Program-made: the position numbers and the translations under genes
The notes under the pieces: generated by a model
Told to the model about the DNA's origin: nothing
The model's database searches: none
The model's input: the letters and a program-made list of their open reading frames with translations, nothing else
In this document: positions 8,173 through 18,253 of the stretch, piece after piece
Layout of the letters: each line of letters begins with the position of its first letter
Numbering within the stretch: the first letter of the stretch is position 1
Origin: Candidatus Sumerlaeia bacterium
GTDB lineage: Bacteria; Sumerlaeota; Sumerlaeia; SLMS01; JANRJK01
Direction of reading: 5' to 3'
Assembly (NCBI GenBank): GCA_033764015.1
Contig: JANRJK010000031.1
Coordinates: forward strand, 64,001 to 128,000
DNA: 64,000 bases

Positions 8173-11129
8173 TCCGCTTCGCCGCCCCGGAGTACCTCGT
8201 CCTGCTGCTCGCGCTGCCGCTCCTGTGGTGGCTGGCGCGCGGGCTCCGGGGGCTCGGCGCGGGGCGCCGCCGCCTGGTCGTCGCCGTCCGCACCGCGCTC
8301 GCCGCGCTGCTCGCGCTCGCGCTCGCGCAGCTCGAGTTCACCCGGCGCTCCGAGCTGCTCTCCGTCTACTACCTCATCGACCAGTCCGACTCCGTGCCGC
8401 AGGAGCAGATCGAGACGTCGGCGCGGCTGATCCAGGAGTTCTCGCGCTCGATGACGGCCCGCGACGAGGCGGGCATGGTGGTCTTCGGCGCGACGCCCTC
8501 GCTCGAGAGCGCCGCCGCGCGCGGCTTCGAGTTCGACGGGCGCATCGCCTCCGTGGTCGACCGCACGCGCAGCGACATCTCCGGCGCGGTGCGCCTCGCC
8601 ATGGCGGCGTTCCCCGCGGACCGCATGCGGCGCATCGTCCTGTTCAGCGACGGCAACGAGAACAGCGGCAACGCCCTCGAGGCCGCCCGCCTCGCCGGCG
8701 CCAACGGCATCCCGCTCGACGTGGTCCCGCTGCGCTACAACAAGTCGCAGGACGTCAGCATCGAGAAGGTCGTCGTCCCGCAGCAGACCGCCACCGACGC
8801 GCCCTTCGACGTGCGGATCTACGTCCAGTCCGAGCGCGAGGCGCAGGGCGTCCTGCGCCTCTTCGAGGACGGGCGCCTCATCGCCGAGGAGCGCGTCAAC
8901 GTCGAGGCGGGGCGCAACACGCCCTACGTCCTCACGCGGCGCCTCGAGGACGGCGGCTTCCACAAGTACCAGGCCACGCTCGACGTGGACGACGACCCCC
9001 GCGCCCAGAACAACACCGGCGAGGCCTTCACCTTCCTCAAGGCCGAGCCACGCGTGCTCCTCATCGAGGGCGACGACGCCGCGGGCGGGGTGGACTTCCT
9101 CCTCGGCGCGCTCCGCGCGGAGAACATCCGCGCCGAGACCGGCGGCCTGAACGACATCCCGCGCACCCTCGACGAGCTGCAGCGCTACGACTCGATCATC
9201 CTCTCTAACGTCCCCGCCTCCGCCATGACGCGGACGCAGATGCAGATGATCGAACGCGGCGTGCACGACCTCGGGATCGGCCTGGTGATGATCGGCGGCG
9301 ACCAGTCCTACGGCGCCGGCGGCTACCAGGACACCCCGATCGAGCTCGCGCTGCCGGTCTCCATGGACATCAAGCAGAAGCGCGTGCTTCCGAACGGCGC
9401 GCTGGTGGTGGTCCTGCACACGGCGGAGATCGCCGCGGGCAACGCCTGGGCGCGCGAGATCGCGCTCGCCTCGCTCAACGTGCTCTCGCGCCAGGACTAC
9501 TTCGGCATCCTCTACTACGGCGCCGCCCCCGGCCAGCAGGGCTTCGCCGGCGGCTGGGGCGACTACTGGGCCTGGGACGCGCCGGTCCAGATGGCCGGCG
9601 ACAAGCGCTCCATGCGCACCGCCATCAAGGGCCTCGCGCCCGGCGACATGCCCTCCTTCGCGCCCGCCATGGCGATGGCGGTCCAGGAGCTCAAGCCGCT
9701 CCCCACGCAGGTGAAGCACCTCGTCATCATCTCCGACGGCGACCCGCAGCCGCCCACGCAGGCGACGGTCAACGCGATCCGCGACGAGGGCATCACGGTC
9801 TCCACCGTCGCCATCTCGCCGCACACCGGCCAGACGGTCGAGCTGATGGAGCAGATCGCCTACTGGGGCGCGGGCGAATTCTACTTCCCCAAGACCAGCG
9901 CGGAGCTCCCCCGCATCTTCACCAAGGAAGCCTCCGTCGTCCGCAAGTCGCTCATCAGCGAGCAGCAGTTCGCCCCGGTCTACGCGCAGCCCAGCGACCT
10001 GCTGCGCGGCCTGCAGGACGGCCTCCCCCCGCTGGGCGGCATCGTCGTCACCACCGCCAAGGACCTCGCCACCACGGCGCTCGTGCGCGAGTCGCTGGTC
10101 GACGGCGCCGTGGTCGACTCGGACCCGGTGCTGGCGCACTGGCGCTACGGCCTCGGCAAGACCGTCGCCTTCACCAGCGACGCGAAGAACAAGTGGGCCG
10201 CCGCCTGGGTCGCGCAGCCGCTCTTCGGCAAGTTCTGGTCGCAGGCGGTCCGCTGGTCGCTCCGCGAAACCAGCTCGGAGAACTACCAGGTCTCGACCGA
10301 CATCGCCGACGGGCAGGGCAAGCTCACCATCGACGCGGTGGACCCGGAGGGGAACTTCCGCAACTACGTCGAGTTCGACACCACGGTGCTGGGCCCGGAC
10401 CTGGAGCCGCGCAAGGTCTCCGTGCGGCAGGTGGGCCCGGGCCGCTACGAGGGCACCTTCCCCGCGGGCGACATCGGCAGCTACATGGTGAGCCTCAGCC
10501 CCCGCGGCGCCGAGGGCGGCTCGGAGCTGGTGGTCGCCGGCGCGTCGCTCTCCTACTCGCCCGAGTACGAGACCACGCGCAGCAACGACGACTTCCTCGA
10601 GGCGCTGGCGAAGGCGAGCGGCGGCGAGGTGATCGCCCAGGGCTACTCGCCCTTCCGCCACAACGTCCGCGCGATGGAGCGGCCCACGCCGCTGTGGCCG
10701 CTGCTGCTGCTGCTCGCCGTGCTGCTGACGCCGGCGGACGTGTTCTTCCGCCGCGTGCTGCTCGACTGGTCCGACGCGCGGGCGTGGCTGGCGGAGCGCC
10801 GCGCCAGGCGCTCGCCGGAGGCGGAGCAGGAGCGGCTCGGCTCGCTCAAGGCCGCCAAGGAGCGCGCCGGCGCGAAGCCCCGCGACGCCTCCGACGCCGC
10901 CGCCCGCGAGGAGTTCCGCAAGCGCCTCGACGCGGAAGCCAAGGGCGCCCCAGCGCAGCCCTCCGTCTTCAAGGCGCCCGAGCCCGGCCACGCCCCGGTG
11001 CGCCACCGCGCCAAGGAGACCGCCGCCGGCTCGGCCGCGCGCCCCGCGGAGGGCGGCTCCATGGACTCGCTCCTCGAAGCGAAGCGCCGGGCCCGCCGCA
11101 GGACCGGCGACGGCGAGGAGCAGAAATGA
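8169..11129 (+). CDS. Membrane protein with two VWA domains, Ig-like and GATase-like domains
   Basis: BatA-like N-terminus (FAAPEYLVLLL), MIDAS DQSDS..LFSDGNEN, GLVMIGGDQSYGAGGY, second VWA (IISDGDP), WRYGLGK, C-terminal TM; ATGA overlap. Confidence 0.85.
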   Translation: MIRFAAPEYLVLLLALPLLWWLARGLRGLGAGRRRLVVAVRTALAALLALALAQLEFTRRSELLSVYYLIDQSDSVPQEQIETSARLIQEFSRSMTARDEAGMVVFGATPSLESAAARGFEFDGRIASVVDRTRSDISGAVRLAMAAFPADRMRRIVLFSDGNENSGNALEAARLAGANGIPLDVVPLRYNKSQDVSIEKVVVPQQTATDAPFDVRIYVQSEREAQGVLRLFEDGRLIAEERVNVEAGRNTPYVLTRRLEDGGFHKYQATLDVDDDPRAQNNTGEAFTFLKAEPRVLLIEGDDAAGGVDFLLGALRAENIRAETGGLNDIPRTLDELQRYDSIILSNVPASAMTRTQMQMIERGVHDLGIGLVMIGGDQSYGAGGYQDTPIELALPVSMDIKQKRVLPNGALVVVLHTAEIAAGNAWAREIALASLNVLSRQDYFGILYYGAAPGQQGFAGGWGDYWAWDAPVQMAGDKRSMRTAIKGLAPGDMPSFAPAMAMAVQELKPLPTQVKHLVIISDGDPQPPTQATVNAIRDEGITVSTVAISPHTGQTVELMEQIAYWGAGEFYFPKTSAELPRIFTKEASVVRKSLISEQQFAPVYAQPSDLLRGLQDGLPPLGGIVVTTAKDLATTALVRESLVDGAVVDSDPVLAHWRYGLGKTVAFTSDAKNKWAAAWVAQPLFGKFWSQAVRWSLRETSSENYQVSTDIADGQGKLTIDAVDPEGNFRNYVEFDTTVLGPDLEPRKVSVRQVGPGRYEGTFPAGDIGSYMVSLSPRGAEGGSELVVAGASLSYSPEYETTRSNDDFLEALAKASGGEVIAQGYSPFRHNVRAMERPTPLWPLLLLLAVLLTPADVFFRRVLLDWSDARAWLAERRARRSPEAEQERLGSLKAAKERAGAKPRDASDAAAREEFRKRLDAEAKGAPAQPSVFKAPEPGHAPVRHRAKETAAGSAARPAEGGSMDSLLEAKRRARRRTGDGEEQK

Positions 11130-11163
11130 TTGACACAGTCAACCAATCCCCGGAGGCCCTGCC

Positions 11164-12177
<1,014 letters not shown>

Positions 12178-12200
12178 GGGGGGGCGCAGCTCCCGGCGGG

Positions 12201-12279
12201 CCCCGACATGAATGCCGGGGCCATGATTGCCGCCATCGACGAACCACCAACCTTGGTAGCCCCGGCCTTCAGGCCGGGG
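12201..12279. repeat. Pair of oppositely oriented REP-like hairpins
   Basis: Plus strand 12256-12279 GTAG-CCCCGGCC-TTCA-GGCCGGGG; minus strand 12224-12201 ATGG-CCCCGGCA-TTCA-TGTCGGGG. Confidence 0.7.
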
Positions 12280-12295
12280 ATCGGGGGCGGCGAAC

Positions 12296-12580
12296 TCAGT
12301 CGAGAATCGCTCGGCGGTCAAACTCGACGGCATGTCCCTCCAGAAGCTCCGAGAACTGGTCGTCGAACCTCGCCCGACGATGATGGTCCTCCTGCCTCTC
12401 GATGTAGCGGTAGACGCGGTCGCGCTGGGATTGGCTGACGCCACGTCCTTCAGCGCCAGCACTCCTTCCCAGAGCGACGGTGTGGTCCGAAGGCTGCACA
12501 GGATGTGGACGTGGTCTTCGTCGCCGTTGATGATCAGCGCCATCCCCCCGAAACGCGATTTGGTGCCTGCCACGTATGGG
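12296..12580 (-). pseudogene. Decayed IS200/IS605-family (Y1 HUH, possibly REP-associated) transposase
   Basis: One frame has GGMALIINGDEDHVHILCSL (HUH at 12502-12516); another has VSQSQRDRVYRYIERQEDHHRRARF..FDRRAILD* (YxxxQ). The intervening segment and N-terminus are missing and the frame shifts near 12445. Confidence 0.82.
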
Positions 12581-12648
12581 CCGCGCTTCGCCCGACCCCC
12601 TCCGCCTCCCGTTGCCACCCCCGCCCCGCGTGGCGCCCAGTTCCCGCC

Positions 12649-13833
12649 ATGCGAACCCTCCCCTCCCTTCTTCTGCTGTTGCTGCTCCTCGCCGGCGGCT
12701 GCGCCCGCCGCCCGGAGACGATCCGCATCGCGGTCTTCAACATCCGCGAGCTGTCCACCGACGTCCTCACCGCGACCGACAAGCGGGGCCGCGGCGTCGA
12801 GCCGCAGGCCGTCGCCGCCGCGCGCGTCATCCAGCGCGTCCGCCCCGACATCCTCGTCATCAACGAGATCGACCACGACTACTCGACGCCGCAGGCCGCG
12901 CAGGACCTCGCGCTGAACCTGCGTCGCTTCCAGGAGCACTACCTCGCGCACGGCCCCGATCCGATCCGCTACGACCACGCCTTCGCCGCGCCGTGCAACA
13001 CCGGCATCCCGAGCGGAGCCGACCTTGGGCGCGACGGCAAGGTCTCGACCGCGGAGGACGCCGGCTCGCGGGGCTACGCCGACGACTGCTTCGGCTACGG
13101 CGAATACCCCGGCCAGTACTCCATGGGCGTCCTCTCGCGACTCCCCGTCGACGCGGAGCGCGCCCGCTCCTGGCGGCGCCTGCTCTGGCGCGACATGCCC
13201 GGCAACAACCTGCCGCCGGGCCACTTCGACGAGTCGCAGCTCGCCGCGCTCCGCCTCTCGAGCAAGTCGCACTGGGCCGTGCCGGTCCTCGCCGGCGGGG
13301 GCGTGATCCACCTCGTCGTCGCGCACCCCACGCCGCAGGGCTTCGACGGCCCGGAGGACCGCAACGGGCGCCGCAACTGGGACGAGGCGCGCCTGGTGGC
13401 CGACATCATCGGCGGCGCCGGCTGGCTGGTGGACGACCTCGGCGCCCCCGGCGGCCTCGGCCCGGAGGAGGAGTTCGTCGTCCTCGGCGACATGAACGCC
13501 GACCCGCGCCGCGGCACCCGCATCGGCGGGCGGACCGCCATCGACCAGATCCTCGCGCACCCCCGCGTGCAGGACGTGTCGGCGCTGCAGTCGAGCGCCG
13601 GCGCCTTGCGCGAACGCGCCCCGGGCCAGCCGGAGCTCCACGAGTTCAACACCTTCGGCGACCGCGACGGCTCGCGCTACGACTACGCGCTCCCCTCGCG
13701 CGGGCTGGCGGTCCGGGGCGCCGGCGTGCACTGGCCGAGCCCCCTCGACGATCCCGACGGCGCGATCACCGCCGAGTTCGCCAGCGACCACCGGCTGGTG
13801 TGGGTCGACGTGGAGGCGCCCGGCGCGCCCTGA
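12649..13833 (+). CDS. Endonuclease/exonuclease/phosphatase-family lipoprotein
   Basis: Lipobox LAGGC; IAVFN, PDILVINEID, RLSSKSHW, HPTP, GDMNADP, DYALPS, SDH. Confidence 0.9.
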   Translation: MRTLPSLLLLLLLLAGGCARRPETIRIAVFNIRELSTDVLTATDKRGRGVEPQAVAAARVIQRVRPDILVINEIDHDYSTPQAAQDLALNLRRFQEHYLAHGPDPIRYDHAFAAPCNTGIPSGADLGRDGKVSTAEDAGSRGYADDCFGYGEYPGQYSMGVLSRLPVDAERARSWRRLLWRDMPGNNLPPGHFDESQLAALRLSSKSHWAVPVLAGGGVIHLVVAHPTPQGFDGPEDRNGRRNWDEARLVADIIGGAGWLVDDLGAPGGLGPEEEFVVLGDMNADPRRGTRIGGRTAIDQILAHPRVQDVSALQSSAGALRERAPGQPELHEFNTFGDRDGSRYDYALPSRGLAVRGAGVHWPSPLDDPDGAITAEFASDHRLVWVDVEAPGAP

Positions 13834-13908
13834 GCCGCCCCATCCTCCGCTTTACACTCCGCGCGGCGCGGCGCTTCCTCGTGGACGGGAATGGAGGTTC
13901 CCGCCCCG

Positions 13909-15201
13909 ATGTCCCTCATTGTGATGAAGTTCGGCGGCGACGCGCTCGGCGACAAAGGCAAGGGCGCCTCGAAGTCCTCCGCCGAGATGCTTTCCGGCGC
14001 GCGCTTCCACGCCGAGAAGTTCCGCCACATGTCCCGCATCGCCCGCGAACGGCGCGACCGCGGCGACCGCGTCCTCATCGTCGTCTCCGCCATGGGCGAC
14101 ACCACGAACCGCCTGCTGGCGATGGCCGCGCAGCTCCACCCGGACCCCCCCGCGCGCGAGCTCGACATGCTGATGACCACCGGCGAGCAGCAGGCGATCG
14201 CGCTGATGGCGATCGCGCTCGAGGCCGAGGGCCTCGACGCCCGCAGCTTCACCGGACCGCAGGTCGGCATCGTCACCGAATCGATCTTCGGCAAGGCCCG
14301 CATCCGCGAGATCAACCCGGCGAAGCTGCGCGCCGCCCTGGAAGCGGGCTCGATCCCCGTGGTCGCCGGATTCCAGGGCGCCACCATGGACAACGAGCTG
14401 ACGACCCTCGGGCGCGGCGGTTCCGACATCACCGCGGTGGCGCTCGCGGCGGCGCTCGGCGCGGACATCTGCGAGTTCTACAAGGACGTCGACGGCGTCT
14501 TCACGACGGACCCGCGCATGTGCCGCTCCGCCCGCAAGATCGACCGCATCAGCTACGACGAGATGCTGGAACTCGCCTCCATCGGCGCCGCCGTGCTCCA
14601 CTCGCGCAGCGTCGAATTCGCCAAGAACTACAACGTGCGCCTGCACGTGCGCAGCTACCTGCACGACCGCCCCGGCACCATCGTGACCGCAGAGGAACCG
14701 GAAATGGAAGACATCGTCGTCCGCGGAGTCGCCTACAACCGCGAGGAGTCCAAGATCACCATCGCCGAGGTGCCCGACACGCCCGGCGTCGCCGCCGAGC
14801 TGTTCGAGAAGATCGCCGAGGCGAACATCATCGTCGACATGGTGATCCAGTCCGCGCCGCACGGCGGACGGAACTCGATCAGCTTCACGGTGCCGCGCCC
14901 GGACCACGAGAAGGCGATGCGCATCACGCGCGCCTGCATGGAGTCCATGGGCGCGTCCGCCGTCGTCGGCGACAACAAGGTCGCCAAGCTGTCGATCGTG
15001 GGCGTCGGCATGCGCTCGCACCCGAACGTGGCCGCGCGCATGTTCCGCGCCCTCGCCGACGCCGGCATCAACATCCAGATGATCGCCACCAGCGAGATCA
15101 AGCTCTCGTGCATCATCGACGAGGCCGAACTCGAGAAGGGCATCCAGGTGGTCCACGACGCCTTCCCCGACCAGGTGTCGGAGGCGGCGGTGGTCGGCTG
15201 A
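13909..15201 (+). CDS. lysC: Aspartate kinase (two ACT domains)
   Basis: VMKFGG, VVSAMGDTT, RELDML..TGE, TTLGRGGSD, DVDGVFTTDP, SIVGVGM, IATSEIK; GGAGG SD. Confidence 0.95.
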   Translation: MSLIVMKFGGDALGDKGKGASKSSAEMLSGARFHAEKFRHMSRIARERRDRGDRVLIVVSAMGDTTNRLLAMAAQLHPDPPARELDMLMTTGEQQAIALMAIALEAEGLDARSFTGPQVGIVTESIFGKARIREINPAKLRAALEAGSIPVVAGFQGATMDNELTTLGRGGSDITAVALAAALGADICEFYKDVDGVFTTDPRMCRSARKIDRISYDEMLELASIGAAVLHSRSVEFAKNYNVRLHVRSYLHDRPGTIVTAEEPEMEDIVVRGVAYNREESKITIAEVPDTPGVAAELFEKIAEANIIVDMVIQSAPHGGRNSISFTVPRPDHEKAMRITRACMESMGASAVVGDNKVAKLSIVGVGMRSHPNVAARMFRALADAGINIQMIATSEIKLSCIIDEAELEKGIQVVHDAFPDQVSEAAVVG

Positions 15202-15217
15202 CGGCGGGGGGCCCGGC

Positions 15218-16168
15218 TTACGCCAGGCCCATGCGCGTCAGGTAGCGTTCCGCCTCCAGCGCCGAGGCGCAGCCCATGCCCGCGGCGGTGATCGCCTGGC
15301 GGAAGTTGCGGTCGTGCACGTCGCCGGCGGCGAACACGCCCTCGATGCTGGTCTGCTGGTGGTGGTCCACCTTCAGGTAGCCTTCCTCGTCCGTGGCGAG
15401 GGCGCCGCCGAGGAACTTCGTGTTCGGCACGTGGCCGATGGCGATGAACATGGCGGAGGCGGCGATCTCGCGCGTTTCGCCGCTCTTCAGGTTCTTCACG
15501 CGCACGCGGTTCGCCTTGTTGAAGTTGCCGGCCTTCTCGCCGAGCACCTCGTCCACCGCGGAATCCCAGACGAACTCGATCTTCGGGTTCGCGAGCGCGC
15601 GGTCCGCCATGATCTTCGAGGCGCGCAGCTCGCCGCGCCGGTGGACCACATAAACCTTGTTGGCGAGCTTGGTGAGGTAGCTGGCCTCCTCCATGGCGGA
15701 GTCGCCGCCGCCCACCACGACCACGTCCTTGCCCTTGTAGAAGCCGCCGTCGCACACCGCGCAGGTGTGGACGCCGTGGTTCCAATAGGTCTGCTCGCCG
15801 GGGACGCCGAGCAGCCGGGGCGAAGCGCCGGTCGCGATGATGACCGTTTGCGCCCGGTACGCCTTTCCGCCCGCGTGGAGCGTGAAGGGGCGCGCGTCGA
15901 ACTCGATGCGCTCGACCAATTCGTACTCGATCTCCGCGCCGTACTTGCGCGCCTGCGCGTCCATGTCCTCCATCAGCTTGCCGCCGAGGACGCCCTCGGG
16001 GAAGCCGGGGAAGTTCTCGACTTCGGTGGTGGTGGTGAGCTGGCCGCCGGGCAGGTTGCCGGCGAAGACGAGCGGCGCCAGGTTCGCGCGCCCGAGGTAG
16101 AGCGCGGCGGTGAGGCCGGCGGGGCCGGTCCCGAGGATCACGGTGTTGCGGATGGAGGTGTCGGACAT
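15218..16168 (-). CDS. trxB: Thioredoxin-disulfide reductase
   Basis: GTGPAGLTAA, GGQLTTTTEVENFPGF, CAVCDG, GGGDSAMEEA, HRR, GVFAAGDV, RQAITAAGMG. Confidence 0.97.
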   Translation of the reverse strand: MSDTSIRNTVILGTGPAGLTAALYLGRANLAPLVFAGNLPGGQLTTTTEVENFPGFPEGVLGGKLMEDMDAQARKYGAEIEYELVERIEFDARPFTLHAGGKAYRAQTVIIATGASPRLLGVPGEQTYWNHGVHTCAVCDGGFYKGKDVVVVGGGDSAMEEASYLTKLANKVYVVHRRGELRASKIMADRALANPKIEFVWDSAVDEVLGEKAGNFNKANRVRVKNLKSGETREIAASAMFIAIGHVPNTKFLGGALATDEEGYLKVDHHQQTSIEGVFAAGDVHDRNFRQAITAAGMGCASALEAERYLTRMGLA

Positions 16169-16347
16169 TCGGTCGGAGGCTCCGATTTTTCGGTCTCTGC
16201 TTCGCTTGGAGGGGGAATCTCGACGCGGAATCGCGCCGGGGCAAGGAATCGCCGGGTTTCCCGCAACGCCAACTTGACGAGGTACACGAACCGTGCCGGA
16301 AATGCGCAATGGTCCGTCGGATCGACTTCCACTCCGGGGCGCCCCCG

Positions 16348-16617
16348 ATGTTCGAATCGTTCTTTCCTCCCGATCCCGCCGAGCTGGACGATTCGCACCT
16401 CGAGCTGAGGGACCGGCTGGCGCGCCGGGCCTGGCGCGTCGAATCGCTCATCCTGCACAGCGACCTGCCATGGATCGACATCGAACTGGAAATCGCCGCG
16501 ATGCGGCGTTTGGTGGAGGAGGAGTGGCCCGAACGGCTGCCGCTCTTCGAAGCGCTTTACGCGGAGCGCTTCGACCGGCTCGAATCGCAATGGGGGCATG
16601 CGCGCTCGGCCTTCTAG
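16348..16617 (+). CDS. Small acidic helical hypothetical protein (start may be 16309)
   Basis: Protein-like composition and host codon use; 3' end overlaps the next gene. Confidence 0.65.
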   Translation: MFESFFPPDPAELDDSHLELRDRLARRAWRVESLILHSDLPWIDIELEIAAMRRLVEEEWPERLPLFEALYAERFDRLESQWGHARSAF

Positions 16618-18104
16618 CCGCCGCTCCGCCCCCGGGCGCCGCCCAGCCCCCGGCGCCCACCCCCAACGCCTACCAGCAGGGGCTCGACGGCCTCCGCCAG
16701 GAGCTCCTCGCGCTCTTCGAGGAGACGCGCCTCGGACGCGACAAGCGCCTCGGCGCCTACGTGCTCGACGCCGACACCGGCCAGGTGCTCATCGAGGTCA
16801 ACGGCGGCGAGCTCTTCGCCCCCGCCTCGCTCCTCAAGATCTTCACCGCCGGCGCCGCGCTCGACACCCTCGGCCCGGACCACCGCTTCAAGACCTCCAT
16901 CGAGGCGGTCGGCGCGATCGAGGGGAAGACGCTGCAGGGCGCGCTGCTGGTGCGCGGCGGCGGCGACCCCGCCCTCGGCCCCCGATTCCAGCGCAACCCG
17001 GACAACACCACTCAGGTCTTCCGCGACTGGGCCCATGTGCTGAAGGACGCCGGCATCCGGAAGATCGACGGCAGCGTGGTCGGCGACGACACGCTCTTCC
17101 TCGACGACCGCGTCTCGCCCGGCTGGCCGCGGCGGGAACTCGCCGAATGGTACTGCGCCGAGGTCAGCGCGCTCTCCTTCAACGACAACACGATCGACGT
17201 GCTCTTCCGCGCGCCGAAGAAGCAGAACGAGCGCGCCACCGCCACCATCTCCCCGCGCACCGAGTACGCCACCTTCGTCAACAGCGTCCGCACCGGAGCG
17301 CCCGGCGGCTACGACAGCGGCGTCCGGTTCTACCGCAACCCCACCGGCAGCGAGGTCGTCGCCCGCGGCCGCCTCGAACCGGGCGAGCGCAAGACCGAGT
17401 ACGCCGCCATGGCGGACCCCGCCATGTACGCCGCCACGGTGCTGAAGGAGACGCTCGAGGACGAGGGCATTACCGTGGCCGGGCGCCCCGCCAGGGTCCT
17501 CGACCGCGAAGAGTCCGCGATCCTCCGCGAGCAGTCCGTCGTGCTCTTCGAGCACACCTCGGAGCCGGTGTCCGCGCTCATGCCGGTGGTGCTCGCGGTG
17601 AGCCAGAACCTCTACGCGGAGGTGCTCGCGCGGCACGTCGCGCTGGCCTACGGCGAGCCGGCGGACTTCCAGGGCGCCGGGAACTCGCTGCGCCGGTGGG
17701 CGCAGGAGGCCGGCATCCCCGCGGGCAACCTGCTCTTCGCCGACGGATCGGGGCTCTCCCGCGCCAGCCGCCTCACGCCGCGCGCCATCGGCGAGGCGCT
17801 CCTCCGCATGCGCTCCTCGCCGCACTGGGAGCTGTTCCGCGATTCGCTCGCCTACCCGGGCGGGCGGGGTTCGCTGCGGACGCGCTTCACCGACCTCGAG
17901 CGGCGCGACCTGGCGCCGCGGCTCCACGCGAAGACGGGCTACATCGACGGCGCGCACGGCCTCGCGGGCTACCTGACGACGCGCAACGGCGGGGAGTACG
18001 TCTTCGTGATCGTGGCGAACAACGTGTACGCCCCGCCGGAGGCGGGCCGCCGCTTCGTCGAGGAGGCGCTGCTGCTGCTGGACCGCAGCCCCGCGCTGCC
18101 GTAG
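16590..18104 (+). CDS. dacB: D-Ala-D-Ala carboxypeptidase/endopeptidase (peptidase S13, PBP4); start approximate
   Basis: Signal peptide; PASLLK (SxxK), GGGDP, SQN, DGSGLSR, AKTG. Confidence 0.92.
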   Translation: MGACALGLLAAAPPPGAAQPPAPTPNAYQQGLDGLRQELLALFEETRLGRDKRLGAYVLDADTGQVLIEVNGGELFAPASLLKIFTAGAALDTLGPDHRFKTSIEAVGAIEGKTLQGALLVRGGGDPALGPRFQRNPDNTTQVFRDWAHVLKDAGIRKIDGSVVGDDTLFLDDRVSPGWPRRELAEWYCAEVSALSFNDNTIDVLFRAPKKQNERATATISPRTEYATFVNSVRTGAPGGYDSGVRFYRNPTGSEVVARGRLEPGERKTEYAAMADPAMYAATVLKETLEDEGITVAGRPARVLDREESAILREQSVVLFEHTSEPVSALMPVVLAVSQNLYAEVLARHVALAYGEPADFQGAGNSLRRWAQEAGIPAGNLLFADGSGLSRASRLTPRAIGEALLRMRSSPHWELFRDSLAYPGGRGSLRTRFTDLERRDLAPRLHAKTGYIDGAHGLAGYLTTRNGGEYVFVIVANNVYAPPEAGRRFVEEALLLLDRSPALP

Positions 18105-18172
18105 CCGGCGCGCGGGCGGGCCCGATTGGCCTTGTGCCGCCCGGCCCGGGTATTGCTTGCTCCACTGTTCGT

Positions 18173-18200
18173 ATGGGCCGCCGCAGGGCGGCCCATTTTC
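18173..18200 (+). terminator. GC-rich hairpin with weak U-tract upstream of nusA (attenuator-like)
   Basis: ATGGGCCGCC-GCAG-GGCGGCCCAT followed by TTTC; perfect 10-bp stem. Confidence 0.6.
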
Positions 18201-18253
18201 ATGTCTCCCGGGCCCCCCGCGGCCCGGATCCCCCGCCGCAGGACCCATGCGCC

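Noticed and set aside
7911..11006. 1031-aa antisense ORF and similar antisense ORFs across the window
   Set aside because: Mirror frames of motif-bearing genes with no motifs of their own.
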